Below are positions 46,139 to 60,157 of a stretch of 64,000 nt of DNA, piece after piece. Source of the stretch: Eledone cirrhosa (Eukaryota); contig OZ024742.1 of the NCBI GenBank assembly GCA_964016885.1, forward strand, positions 110,732,001 through 110,796,000, read 5' to 3'. Both the position numbers and the translations under genes were made by a program. The notes below the pieces were generated by a model. It ran no database searches, was not told the origin of the DNA, and saw only the letters and a program-made list of their open reading frames with translations. Position 1 is the first letter of the stretch; each line of letters starts with the position of its first letter.

Positions 46139-46969
46139 ACAGAATAAGAATCTATGAATGAGTGCTCTGAATAATTAAATAGTGTAAGCTGACCCAAGGT
46201 AACTTAAAGTAAATATAAGAATGTGACACATGAAGATAAATTAAAGATAAATTAAAGTATGGTCAGAAACATACAATATAATGTATGAGACAGTATGATA
46301 TAAAATATAAAACTATATGAGGTAAAAAAATAGAAAAAAACAAACAGTGGGTTTACTTGTGATCATACAAGAAGTAAATGGAAATGTACACATAATAAAT
46401 GCAATAAAATAGATGCAATACAATACCATAACATAGACTGAGATTTCACACAAGTGTTACTAAACATTGATACAAATGTGCCTAAATATATATTGAAAAT
46501 GAACTGGAAAAATATATAGTTATGTTAAGATATGGATAGGAACAGATTCCGTAGTGTTCGTAGAGAGACTTGCACTGGTTTGCCAGTTTGTGTGTAGCTG
46601 GAGAGAGGGTTCTTTTCAAAAGTGTATCCATTCATAAGGATAGCCACGGGTTACATTCTGTAACATGTCCGTGGTCAGTGGATGATGTTACTTTCCGTGT
46701 TCTGCCAGTCGAGAAGGATAAGTTCGGTCCTCTGGCAAGCTTTGGTAGTCATATTAAAGTGGATATTTTACTCCAGTCCGTTGCTTCGTGCCATGAATCC
46801 ATCGCTTATTTATTGTGTCACCAAAGCGCTCAGCGTTAAAGGAGCCTTTAATTATTATAATATGGGGCTAACCGACCAGGAATGTGTAAACCACATTTTA
46901 GTGGGTCGGCTGGTATGCAGATGAAATGAAGCGCTTAACATAAATGGTTCAAGCCGGAGCATTATAGAG

Positions 46970-47260
46970 TATTAAACAGATCGAAGGACATATACAGTTG
47001 CATTCACGTTTATTTTAATCTTCATGATATATATTTCGCTGATATTGACGGCTATGTTGTTTTCTTCGTACCCATTCCATTATCCTGATCTCGTCAGAAA
47101 AATCTATAAATAATTTCATACAATTTAAAATATATATATAAAAATAAAATACCGTCTGATGAGCTCAGGATAATAGAATGGGTAGGAAGAAAACTACCTA
47201 GCCGTCAACCTCAGCGAAATATACATCCAATGCATATAGCGTTCGATCTTTTTAATAATC
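46970..47260. mobile_element. Old fold-back pLTR with HHR
   Basis: 47032-47098 inverted against 47155-47222. HHR 47153-47241: CGT-CTGATGA-GCT...AGC-GAAA-TAT..ATA-TA-GCG. Confidence 0.7.
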
Positions 47261-47302
47261 CTCCACGTTCCCTCTCTCTCCCCTTCTCTCTCTGTGCCTC
47301 TC

Positions 47303-47389
<87 letters not shown>

Positions 47390-47399
47390 ATATATATAG

Positions 47400-47975
47400 A
47401 AGGAAATTGTAGTTTAATTGAAGCATAGCGTAGTGAGGTATAGAAGGTATGAAGTTAGAAGGCCAGAACAATGCAGGTATGTATATAGAATATAAATACA
47501 AATCCAAAAGATATCGCTGACAAATTAGTCTTTTACTTTAAATTTATTTGAATATCCTTATATTTCGAGATAATATTTCTTCTTCAGAGTGAAGTAAAGG
47601 GGTTAATCCAGTGTTCTAATTAGTTTGCCAAGTCATAGTGACAGGAAATAGTATAGAAATTCCATTCTATTTCTAATGTCAAAGAGTGAAGGTTAGGTGG
47701 ATAAAGGGTTGTGTCCCTTTAAAAGGGTTTGGACATGTATGTCTAAGTGTTTGTATGTGTGTGTGGGAGAATACGTGAAGGTGTAAGCATGTGTGTGTAT
47801 GTGTGTGTGTGTGTGCGTTGGTGTGTGTGTGAGTTTGAGAGGATATGTTTATATGTAAATGTGGGGGCTAGATACTTTATCATGTTAACACTGGTCTATG
47901 TGTGTGTGTACGTGTGTATGAGAGAATACGTAAAAGTGTAAGCGTGCGTGCCTGTGTGTGAGTGTGAGTTATTTT
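47400..47975 (-). mobile_element. Probable PLE 3' end (decayed HHR at ~47550-47590)
   Basis: Minus strand CTGAAGA-AGAAATATTATCTC-GAAA-TAT-AAGG-ATA-TT with stem I lost; TA flanks. Confidence 0.4.
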
Positions 47976-48549
47976 TTATATATATATATATTTATCTCTT
48001 TATATCTCCCCCCTCTCTCTCTCCCTCTCTATCCATCCCTCCCACTATGATCAATTTAATTCTCTTTAACTCACAACATTCCACGACATGAACTCAAAAC
48101 TGACCAAATAATCCTTCCACCTCTACCCCTCCCTCCATCTCAGTTTGTCACTCTACTTCCTACCTGTTCCCCCTTCCTCTCTCTATATACTATTCCGTTT
48201 GTCCCCTCACTTTCTGATTCGTCTCTCTCTATACTAGTAAATACAATTCCAAATAAATGTTTTTCTCTATATATCAAGAATTATTTCAAGAGTAACTTAC
48301 TCACTATTTTGAAAATTTGGACTGTGAACAACAATTATAATTGAGTGGCTGCTATTTGCAGTATAGCAATATAAGGTTGCACTTACCAATGAAACGGATA
48401 AAATCCTTCTCTTTTATACTTTATACTCCAAGATTGAACGGAATTCTTACAAACTTGAGGAGTTACCCCTAAAACTGTACGTTGAAACCATCCATGAAAC
48501 TGGCTTTCTTAACCAAGAACTGGATCACAATAAGCAATGTTTTGCTCCT

Positions 48550-48582
<33 letters not shown>

Positions 48583-48624
48583 CTGTATATATATATATAT
48601 ACTGTATATATATATATATATATA

Positions 48625-48686
<62 letters not shown>

Positions 48687-48695
48687 TGTATATAT

Positions 48696-48730
<35 letters not shown>

Positions 48731-48734
48731 AATA

Positions 48735-48823
<89 letters not shown>

Positions 48824-48825
<2 letters not shown>

Positions 48826-49305
48826 CGATATTAAACAAATGGAAATTACATTTATAAAACCATATTTATTTCATTATATATATTTCAGGGATATCATATT
48901 AAAATATGGTATGGCCTCTTCAGACAAAATACAATATATAGACAGTTTTATAAATAAATTTGACATACCTTAGAGTTTACAACTTCCATTTAAAAAGTTG
49001 TTACGGTAGTGAAAATGTTAAGGACGGTTATGTTCACTACCGTAACAACTTTTTAAATGGAAGTTGTAAACTCTAAGGTATGTCAAATTTATTTATAAAA
49101 CTGTCTATATATTGTATTTTGTCTGAAGAGGGCATACCATATTTTAATATCATATCACTGAAATATATATAATGAAATAAATATGGTTTTATAAATGTAA
49201 TTTCCATTTGTTTAATATCGTAAAATACTCCAAAACTTGTTGAGTGCTTTTATATCAGTTATAAAATATTTACTCGTTGTAGCCCAACATTTTAAATAAA
49301 ACTTT

Positions 49306-49308
<3 letters not shown>
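48824..49308. mobile_element. Near-perfect fold-back pLTR insertion (190-bp arms, 19-nt spacer, 86-nt right tail)
   Basis: Arms 48824-49013 / 49033-49222; HHR in each arm; inside (TA)n. Confidence 0.9.
49116..49178 (+). ncRNA. Type I hammerhead ribozyme
   Basis: ATTTTGT-CTGAAGA-[stem II]-GAAA-T-ATAT-A-TA-ATGAAAT. Confidence 0.75.
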
Positions 49309-49359
<51 letters not shown>

Positions 49360-49370
49360 ATATATATATA

Positions 49371-49438
<68 letters not shown>

Positions 49439-49452
49439 TGTATATATATATA

Positions 49453-49506
<54 letters not shown>

Positions 49507-49635
49507 ATTGAGAGGGACGAGGCTGCGTAGTTACTGATAATGTGTGTTAGAAAGTTAAGGGAACACAAACAAGAGATAGACATTTTCCCTTCCTCTCTTG
49601 TCTACTACGAGTAACGGGTGTTTTAGCGCATTATA

Positions 49636-50549
49636 TCTGTATATATATAAAATTAAGTATGTGTTTGTCTGTCTGTGTGTCTATGTATTACCTATAGGGG
49701 CCTACATATTACAACCGATTTTCATGAAACTTTACAGGTTCATAGATTAGTCATCGGGGAGTGTTTTCTATGTAACAGCGTATCGTTTTTTTTTTATTCC
49801 GGGGTAATTCTGCAGATAAAAACATAGGTGGGGTGGGGGGTGTCACCTTTTTTAGGTATCAAACAATAAGATTTTTTGCTCTAGCTCCCACATTTTCCCA
49901 CCGATTTCGTTCAAATTTATCATTGCACATCCTGTAATGGCTTTATATTTTGCATTTGTTGTTCAGGGACGGCGTGGCAGCCGCTTAAATATTCAAAGAT
50001 ACCACTTTTAGACTCAAATTTTCAGCTTTTTCGGCTCTAGCTCCCACATTAATCAACCTACTTTGTAAAGATTTCACACTACGCTATATCTGATTATTTC
50101 ACGTCTTAAAGTGGCTTTACATTTTGGATTTTTTGTCCAGGAACGACGTGGCAGCCGCTTAAATATTCGAAAATACCACATTTTGCTCAAATTCCAGCCT
50201 TTTCGGGTCTAGCTGCAACATTTTTCAACCGATTTCGTTCAAATTCGAAACTTCGGCTCCACCTCCACATAAATCAATTTATTTGTTTCAACTTTTATAC
50301 TACGAGAGAACCTATCATTTCACATCTTATAGTAGCTTTACACTTTGCATTTTTTGTTCAGGGACGGCGACCTATCATTAGCTCTCACATTTTTCAACCG
50401 ATTTCGTTCAAATTCGAAACCTCGGCTCTACCTCACACATAAATCAATTTATTAGGTTCAACCTTTATACTACGATAGAACCTATCATTGCACATCTTAT
50501 AGATGTGCAAAGGCAAAACGATGGCGACTGACGCCGTCGGAGCTTTTAG
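49636..50549 (+). mobile_element. Non-autonomous Helitron with internal subrepeats
   Basis: A|TC start with TATATATAAAA and GTCT repeats, repeated CCGATTTCGTTCAAATT units, 3' hairpin CGATGGCG-ACTGA-CGCCGTCG then TTAG|T. Confidence 0.8.
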
Positions 50550-50718
50550 TTGTGTATTTGAGAATTCATCGGTTTCCAATCAAGTAGCGTGAGGAAATTT
50601 GGCTTAGTGTTAGAGATCATTACCTCCCTCACCCAGCATGCCTCTTCGTCAGTCTCCCGCGTTTCTCAGTGATAGAGGTCATTACCACCCTCCCCCGCAT
50701 GGCTGGTTACTGCTGCTA

Positions 50719-50780
<62 letters not shown>

Positions 50781-50858
50781 GTGTGTGTGTATATGTGTGT
50801 GTGTATGTATGTATATATATATGTGTGTATATGTATAAGTATCTATGTATATATATAT

Positions 50859-51603
50859 ATAATAAAGTATGAATTCCTACGTGTAAAAAATACATATAGG
50901 GAAAAAAGTATTATCCACCCATATGCCAATGTGGTTCTATGGCGGGTTAATAAATTAACAAGCCGGAACATATAAAATCGATGTCTAGCAAATAGAGAAA
51001 AAGTTTTAAAATAAATAAAAAAAAATTCGCTGTACTTACTACATGTGCCTTTACCGCGGTTTCATGCTCCAGAATAAACGGAAAATCCAAGCGGATTTCC
51101 ATTGAGAAGGGACCAATCTTGAGTAGGCTCTATATGCTAGACCTCGATTTCATATGTTCTGGCTTGTTAATTTATTAACCCGCCATAGAACCACATTGGC
51201 ATACGGTTGGATAATACTTGTTTCCCTATATGTATTTTTTACATGTAGGAATTCATACTTTATTATTATCGATCTCCCCCTATAAAATTTTGGCTGTTTG
51301 GACTGATGCTATTTCTAGTGGCAGGACATTGACCTGCCCACCCTGCCTTTTGTCTTTGCACACGGCACCAGACAGAATTATTTCTTTCATCATCCGCTCT
51401 CATTTGGTAATGGTTTTGTATGGCGGCAATTTTATATTCTCCGAGGGAGAAGAGCCTTCTGAAGATTGGTCCCTTCTCAATGGAAATCCGCTTGGATTTT
51501 CCGTTTATTCTGGAGCATGAAACCGCGGTAAAGGCACATATAGTAAGTACAGCGAATTTTTTTTAATTTATTTAAAAACTTTTTCTCTATTTGCTAGACC
51601 TCG

Positions 51604-51610
<7 letters not shown>
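50859..51610 (+). mobile_element. Retrozyme-like non-coding HHR element, family R3 (457-bp unit, ~26-bp redundancy, inverted arm spanning the unit junction)
   Basis: CTCTATWTGCTAGACCTCGATTT at 51128 and 51585; inverted arm 50859-51128; HHR 51454-51535; no real ORF; (TA)n flanks. Confidence 0.85.
51454..51535 (+). ncRNA. Type I hammerhead ribozyme (canonical core)
   Basis: GCCTT-CTGAAGA-[branched stem II]-GAAA-C-CGCG-G-TA-AAGGC; perfect 5-bp stem I. Confidence 0.88.
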
Positions 51611-51659
<49 letters not shown>

Positions 51660-51692
51660 AGGTATTTACAATCACACACACACATCCACACC

Positions 51693-51754
<62 letters not shown>

Positions 51755-51940
51755 ATTGAAAATACCTGACAATGTTGCTGACTTTAACAGAGCATGTTAA
51801 TACATCTCCTTAATGAGAATCCTTTATTTGCTTAGAATAAAGGAACCTTGAAAATTAATCAGAGTTGTAGTTTGCTTGACGCATTGTTGAATAGGAAATA
51901 TAAATTTAAACAATTTTAAAAGCCATACAATGCATTATAA

Positions 51941-52021
51941 AATTAAAGGTGCCAAGATAACGATAGATACAATTAAAGGTGCTAAGATAACGATAGATAA
52001 AATTGAAGGTGCTACGATAAC
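51941..52021. repeat. 30-bp tandem repeat, ~2.7 copies
   Basis: AATT(A/G)AAGGTGC.A.GATAAC at 51941, 51971 and 52001. Confidence 0.9.
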
Positions 52022-52150
52022 CTTATCAAATTTAATTATCCCAAATATTTTCGGGCTTAAAATTCCATTATCAAGTTCAATAAGTCCGGAGAAAACTGGT
52101 TGGAGAACCAAGGTCAGCACTCTGTGCAGAGCAGAGTGTATGCAATAAGT

Positions 52151-52434
52151 GGTGGTGTTACATAGGAGATTTATTGCTCAATGCTGGTTACAAATGTTTC
52201 TCAAGTAGCGGGCACGTGATCTGCATTGGCACCTCAGTGTCTGGTCTGGGTGCCAACCCAGATCACGAATAAACTGCTTGAGAAACATTTGTAACCAGGA
52301 TTGAACAATATATCTATGTAACACCTCCAATTTGATCTTATACGTATATATATTTTCTTTTAATATATTTATACTCTGCTATATATTGAGTACCTTACTT
52401 AATGTGGTTACCCCCGATTCAACTCGGAATAACT

Positions 52435-52436
<2 letters not shown>
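52151..52436. mobile_element. Fold-back hairpin (52151-52328) with right tail and decayed HHR
   Basis: Diverged inverted arms; CTGGT...GAAAC-ATTT-GTA-ACCAG; ends in (TA)n. Confidence 0.65.
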
Positions 52437-54343
<1,907 letters not shown>

Positions 54344-54358
54344 ATATATATATATATA

Positions 54359-55415
54359 TATTGTTATACTTGGGGTGGGTCATATTTGTGTAATGTTGCC
54401 AGAATTAATAACAGAACACACTCACTGTTTGGTTGGTTTTCGCTTTTCGCTTCTGTGTCTTTTATATTGGTAATCTAATTTATTCGGTCCTCAATGTTGC
54501 CATTGACTGACCAACGGTCAAAAATATACAGATACAATATAGACACAAACACATATATATAGTTTATAAAAGTTCTTTCGTTGCACATCTGCAACTTCAT
54601 CAGTGGTGCTATTGTTTCCTCCCGTTACATTGTATGTCTACGCCATCTTTATTTAGTCTGTTTATATATTTATTTATTTATTTGTTTGTTTGTTTATTTC
54701 ATCTTGTCTTCTTTGCGCATGCGTTTGCGTGTGTGTATAGTGTTTTGTTTGATGTGTGTTCGTGATAGGGTGACTGTGTATTGGTTAATGTATTCTATGT
54801 TTACTAGTGTGTGTTTATATGTATTTGTTCTTATTGTGCTTGTATATGTATTTATTTATTTATTTATCTATTTATTTATTTATTTATACTTCTCTTAGGT
54901 CAGTGTTGTTTGTTTGGGTGTTGTTGTTATTCCATTCATTCTTTCTGTTTAGTCTTGGCCTTCTAAGTTCTATTTCACTGGCCTCTCTGATTTGCCTATC
55001 TGCTGGGTCATTTCTATGTTTAGATATTATTCTAATTTCTATGTTGTCTATGTTACAGTCGTGTTGTTGTCTGGCATGTTCGTATAGTACTGACCCGTTT
55101 TTTCGTCCTTTTAGTTCCCCCCAGTGTTGGTCTATCCTTTCACCTATGCTACGAGCTGCCTCGCCTATGTATATTGTTGTCATGTTTCTGCAAGTACACT
55201 CTGTACATCTTATGCTATATACTACGTTTCTAGTTTTACAGTTTATCCGGGGATTTACCTTACATATGGTACATTTACTATTAGTACAGTGGGATTTCTT
55301 AAAAGGGTAGGTTTTGCTGATAATGGATTTTATGGTGGTTCCTGGCTTTGTACCACCCTGATCAGCAAAACTTACCCTTTTAAGAAAACCCACTGTACTA
55401 ATAGGAAATGTATCA
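54359..55415 (-). mobile_element. Nematis-like PLE 3' fragment (subfamily B') with snap-back duplication at its 5' junction
   Basis: ORF remnant 54884-~55350 (CTNSKCTIC..NVVYSIRC..YIGEAARS..RQIREA..LNRKNEW); HHR ~54566-54607; 55361-55415 inverts 55267-55321. Confidence 0.9.
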
Positions 55416-55432
55416 TGGTATGAGTTTATTCT

Positions 55433-56402
55433 AGAATAAACTCATGGTATGATAGCAATAAATACCAGAGTGTAATGTTCATCGATACAACCCCTAGTGG
55501 TGAATTAGCTTACAAATTTAGAAGGGCCCTAGATAAACATAAACTCAATATTAAGATAGTAGAAAGACCAGGTACCTCCATAGAAACACTTATTAGCAAG
55601 ACATACCCTTTTCAAAGACCTCCCTGTATAGATAAGAAATGTATAATCTGTAAATTAAGCCCCCATATTAACTGTAAAACTAGAAATGTAGTATATAGCA
55701 TAAGATGTACTGAAGGACAATGTAGAGATAAAAATATAGTGTACATAGGTGAGACAGCTCGTAGTATAGGGGAACGGATAATGAACACTGGCGAGAGCTT
55801 CAAGATAGTAAAGAATCATCTGTACTCTACCAACATGCTAAAATAGAACATAAGAGTAAATTAGAGAACATAGAAATAAAAATAGAATCTACACACAGAA
55901 AAGACGCAATGTTTAGACAAATCACAGAGGCAATAAACATAAATGAATTACAACCACAATTAAATAGAAAACATGAGTGGAACAGCAACATCACAACTTA
56001 CAATTAAGGGCAAAATGAAAACACACACGCACATAGAACAAACAAACAACCAGTAACATGTAAATAAACAAATAAATAAACGAATATAAACACACACAGA
56101 CACCCGGATGTAACACATGCGCAAACTAGGCACACAACACAGACACACAAACAAGATGGCGTAGGACAGAACAAAGGAGAGGCACAAAAAAACAAAGAAA
56201 AGAATCCCCAGTCACTGAAGATGTCACACAATGTGTGACGAAAGAACTTTGACAATATATAAACAACCATCTGGTTGTGGAACCAACCAACCGGAAATTT
56301 ATAAATTCCTAAATTTATAAATTTATTATAATAAATTGAAGTGAAAGCAACTGGTGCGTGTGTTTCTTATTGGCAACATGACCCTCCCAAAGTATAACAA
56401 TA
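55433..56402 (+). mobile_element. Nematis-like PLE 3' fragment (family B)
   Basis: SWYDSNKYQSVMFIDTTPSGELA..KIVERPG..YIGETARS; HHR 56211-56253; near-identical to 21243-22127. Confidence 0.9.
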
Positions 56403-56444
56403 TATATATATATATATATACATCTTATATATATATATATATAC

Positions 56445-56539
<95 letters not shown>

Positions 56540-56544
56540 ATATA

Positions 56545-56958
56545 TATTGGTAAATGGAATACAAAATGCTGACAAATTGTTCACAGTGAAAGATAGTTTA
56601 ATTAAGAATAAATGAGAATTAGTAATTGTATTGGTTAGTAATCAGTTTTGGTTTTAAGTTTTACCGGTTGCGCATTTCTAAATGCTTTTCAAAAATAATG
56701 TTGAGATAGAGCGTCCGTGATGTTTGCTCTGATCAGAGATCAGAGTAAACATCACGGACGCTCTTATTATTTTTGAAAAACATTTAGAAATGCGCAACCG
56801 GTAAAACTTAAAACCAAAACTGATTACTGACCAATACAATTACTAATTCTCATTTATTCTTAATTAAACTATCTTTCACTGTGAACAATTTGTCAGCATT
56901 TTCTATTCCATTTACCAATATATAATAACTTGTGCGTTACACCTCTATTCTTTTAACT
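56545..56958. mobile_element. Fold-back of the Neptune-like pLTR (~185-bp arms, 38-nt right tail)
   Basis: Arms 56545-56734 / 56738-56920; homologous to 56972-57172 and 59835-60072. Confidence 0.9.
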
Positions 56959-57476
56959 ATATATATATATATATTGGTAAACGGAATAGAAAATGCTGAC
57001 AAATTGTACACAGTTGAAAAATGGTTTAATTAGGAATAAAAAGTATTAGTGATTGTATGGGTTAGTATTCAGTTGTGGTTTTAAGTTTTTAAGTTTTTAC
57101 CGGTTGCGCATTTCTAAATGCTTTTCAAAAATAATTTTGAGATAGAGTGTCCGTGCTGTTTGCTCTGATCTGATTAGTTTTGGGAATTCTACCTGTTTTT
57201 ATGTTAAAAAAGTGGCTCCAGCGTTATTTTTGTGTTGCAAAAATGCTTGTGGTCAAAACAATTTTGATTGGTTGGTAGAGGTCATGTGAATGTAAAAAGT
57301 TGATTTTGCGCCAAGACTGTTTTTATGTTAAAATGTTAAAAAAGTGGCTCCAGCAAAAATTCTTGGTCAAAACAATTTTGATTGGACGGTAGAGGTCATG
57401 TGGATAAAAAATTGGTTTTGCGCCAAGATTGAGAAATGACTCTTTCACAACAAATATGTGTGTGTGTGTGTGTGTA

Positions 57477-57537
<61 letters not shown>

Positions 57538-57704
57538 TAGTAGTAGTAAGGTGTTCGATGCTGCGACAATGGCCAGCAGCGATGTGTGTCAAATGGCTAT
57601 TAAGATAAGTGTGTGTGAGTGTGTGTGTGTGAGTGTGTGTGTGTGTATAGCAGAGTCATTCGAAGGTCAAAAGATATTTTTCAGCTTTTGTCTTATACGG
57701 AGAA

Positions 57705-57761
<57 letters not shown>

Positions 57762-58166
57762 AGTCTCTTTGTATGTTGATGTACGCGTGTGTATGTGTTT
57801 GTGTATATATGTGTGTGTGGGGGTGGGTTGGGGGGGGGTGGACCAGTATTTTTTTCCCCCTGGTAAAATGGTGTACATTATTCGATTTTTTCAGTAAAAT
57901 CGGTTCTCTTAATAGAACATCAAAAATCTTAACAATAAAAGGTGTGAAATGATATTCACTATATATATATATATATACACACATACATATATTCACTACA
58001 TATATATATATACATATACATATATACATACATATATATGCACATATATTTTTTTGTATTGCACCATAGAGCATGTGTGTTTACGTGTGTCATTGTGTTT
58101 ATATGTGGGTGGAGATGTGTGCTGATGTAGGTATGTATGTTGACGTGTGTATGTTGTGGGTTCGTC

Positions 58167-59708
58167 TTAGGGAGAAGTGTTTAGACGGGGTCCGTATTTG
58201 TTAATGAAGTAAGATTCCTTGCTGATGCGCTGGGTGTGGGTGGCATTATCTTTAAATTTGTAGAGGGGAAAGATTCTGAAGTTGGGATGATTTTGGGCGG
58301 CACAGGTATCAATGTGTTCACTCAGTGGTATTTTCCTGTATTCCCGTATTTTGATTTGGGATCTATGGACAGTCATGCGTTGGCGGAGGCTGTTTTTGGT
58401 CTGGCCTATGTATTGTTCTCGACAACTTGAACAAGTTAATACATATATTAGATTTTCCGATGCACATGTGAAATTGTGTTTTACTATAAAACGTTGTCCA
58501 TCTTTGAAATAGAATTCCGAACCCTCTATTAGGTTGATGCAAATGCCACAGTTGGGTCTATCGCATTTTTTTACTGTGGGTTTCGTTGTTGTGGTTGGCA
58601 GTACTTTGGCATGTGTTAAGATGTTTTTCATTGACTTGGATTGTCTTTTGCTCTTTATGATATCGTGTGTTCGTAGAATTTGGTTCATTCTATGGTCCTT
58701 TTTCAATACAGGGATGTTCTGGAGGATGGTGTCAAAGGCCTCATTGTTGAGGGGGTTGTGTGTGGAGATGTATGGAAGAGCTTTTAGTTTTGGTTGATTT
58801 ACTTTAGGGTGTCTAAGGTCCTGGGTACTGAGTTTTAGGGCACGTTGGATTCCATTGTCAATTAGTGATGCAGGGTAGTCCCTGCCTATGAGTGTGTCCT
58901 TTAGTTCTTGTAGCCGTATGTAGCAGATGTTTTTATTGGAGACTATAGTACAGATTCTCTTGGCTAAGTTGTAGGGAATATTAATTTTAACGTGTCTATG
59001 GTGGCAAGAGTTGAAGGGGAGGTATTGCTTGGAGTCTGTGGGCTTGTAGTATATGTCTGTTTCTATTTTCTTGTTATGGATCTTAATGAGGATGTCGAGG
59101 AAGGGGAGTTGTTGATGGCTGTATTCCATCGTGAAGTTAATATTTGTGTTGAGCCCATTTATAAGGGTGTGAAATTCTTTAAGTTTTTCGATGTTTTCGT
59201 GCCAAAGGATGAAGCAGTCATCTAGATATCGCTTCCAGTTCCTTTCAATGTGTAAGTGGAGGGTGTTTCCAAATTTGTTTAGGACTTTAGTGTAGAGGGT
59301 GATTTCCAGGTATCCCATGACTAGGTTGGCATAAGTAGGGGCTGTTTTCGTTCCCATAGCGGTCCCAGATTTCTGCCTGTAGGGTTTGTTATTGAAAACG
59401 AAGTAATTGTTCTTCAAGATAAATTTGAGTCCCTCTATCACGAATTCTTTTTTGATGCGTTGTTGGAGTTCATTGTGGAAATTATCCAGCCAGAATTGGA
59501 TAGCTTCTATTCCTAGGTTGTGGGGGATGTTGGAGTATAGTTTGATTACATCGAAAGTCACTAGTAGGGTTTGTTCAGAAAGTGGCATATTAGGGAGGTG
59601 ATTGAGCATATCTAGGTCGTCCCTTATATAGCTTTTGATGTGCTTGAGGAAGGGTTTGAGAAGGGTATCAATGAAGTTGCTAAGACGGTGCGTTTCGCAA
59701 GCGGGGCC
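58167..59708 (-). CDS. PLE reverse transcriptase + GIY-YIG endonuclease (N-truncated, uninterrupted)
   Basis: FDVIKLYSNIP, GTAMGT..APTYA, RYLDD, LPFLD, CDRPNCGIC zinc knuckle, LIY..C..C..YIGQT..R..H. Frame stays open 33 codons upstream of the listed Met, up to the truncation junction. Confidence 0.93.
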   Translation of the reverse strand, partial: GPACETHRLSNFIDTLLKPFLKHIKSYIRDDLDMLNHLPNMPLSEQTLLVTFDVIKLYSNIPHNLGIEAIQFWLDNFHNELQQRIKKEFVIEGLKFILKNNYFVFNNKPYRQKSGTAMGTKTAPTYANLVMGYLEITLYTKVLNKFGNTLHLHIERNWKRYLDDCFILWHENIEKLKEFHTLINGLNTNINFTMEYSHQQLPFLDILIKIHNKKIETDIYYKPTDSKQYLPFNSCHHRHVKINIPYNLAKRICTIVSNKNICYIRLQELKDTLIGRDYPASLIDNGIQRALKLSTQDLRHPKVNQPKLKALPYISTHNPLNNEAFDTILQNIPVLKKDHRMNQILRTHDIIKSKRQSKSMKNILTHAKVLPTTTTKPTVKKCDRPNCGICINLIEGSEFYFKDGQRFIVKHNFTCASENLIYVLTCSSCREQYIGQTKNSLRQRMTVHRSQIKIREYRKIPLSEHIDTCAAQNHPNFRIFPLYKFKDNATHTQRISKESYFINKYGPRLNTSP

Positions 59709-59873
59709 TTTACATTCACATGACCTCTACCGACCAATCAAAATTGTTTTGACCACAAGCATTTTTGCAACACAAAAATAACGCTGGAGCCACTTTTTTA
59801 ACATAAAAACAGGTAGAATTCCCAAAACTAATCAGATCAGAGCAAACAGCACGGACACTCTATCTCAAAATAA

Positions 59874-59910
59874 TTTTTGAAAAGCATTTAGAAATGCGCA
59901 ACCGGTAAAA
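59874..59910 (+). ncRNA. Non-canonical hammerhead-like motif (UUGAAAA / GCAA core)
   Basis: TTT-TTGAAAA-GCATTT-AG-AAATGC-GCAA-C-CG-G-TA-AAA; also at 56659-56695 (-), 56770-56806 (+) and 57095-57131 (-). Confidence 0.6.
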
Positions 59911-60067
59911 GCTTAAAAACTTAAAACCACAACTGAATACTAACCCATACAATCACTAATACTCTTTTATTCCTAATTAAACCATTTTTCAACTGTGAAC
60001 AATTTGTCAGCATTTTCTATTCCGTTTACCAATATATAATAACTTGTGTGTTACACCTCTATTCTTT

Positions 60068-60154
<87 letters not shown>

Positions 60155-60157
<3 letters not shown>

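Larger units (their letters stand above)
56972..60072 (-). mobile_element. 5'-truncated Neptune-clade-like PLE with inverted pLTR bearing the tail
   Basis: Minus-strand RT-EN ORF, microsatellite-rich 3' UTR, pLTR ending at 56972; inverted arm 59709-60034 plus tail 60035-60072; (TA)n flanks. Confidence 0.93.

Noticed and set aside
51941-52021. 30-bp repeats as a CRISPR array
   Set aside because: Contiguous tandem units without unique spacers, in a eukaryotic context with no cas genes.
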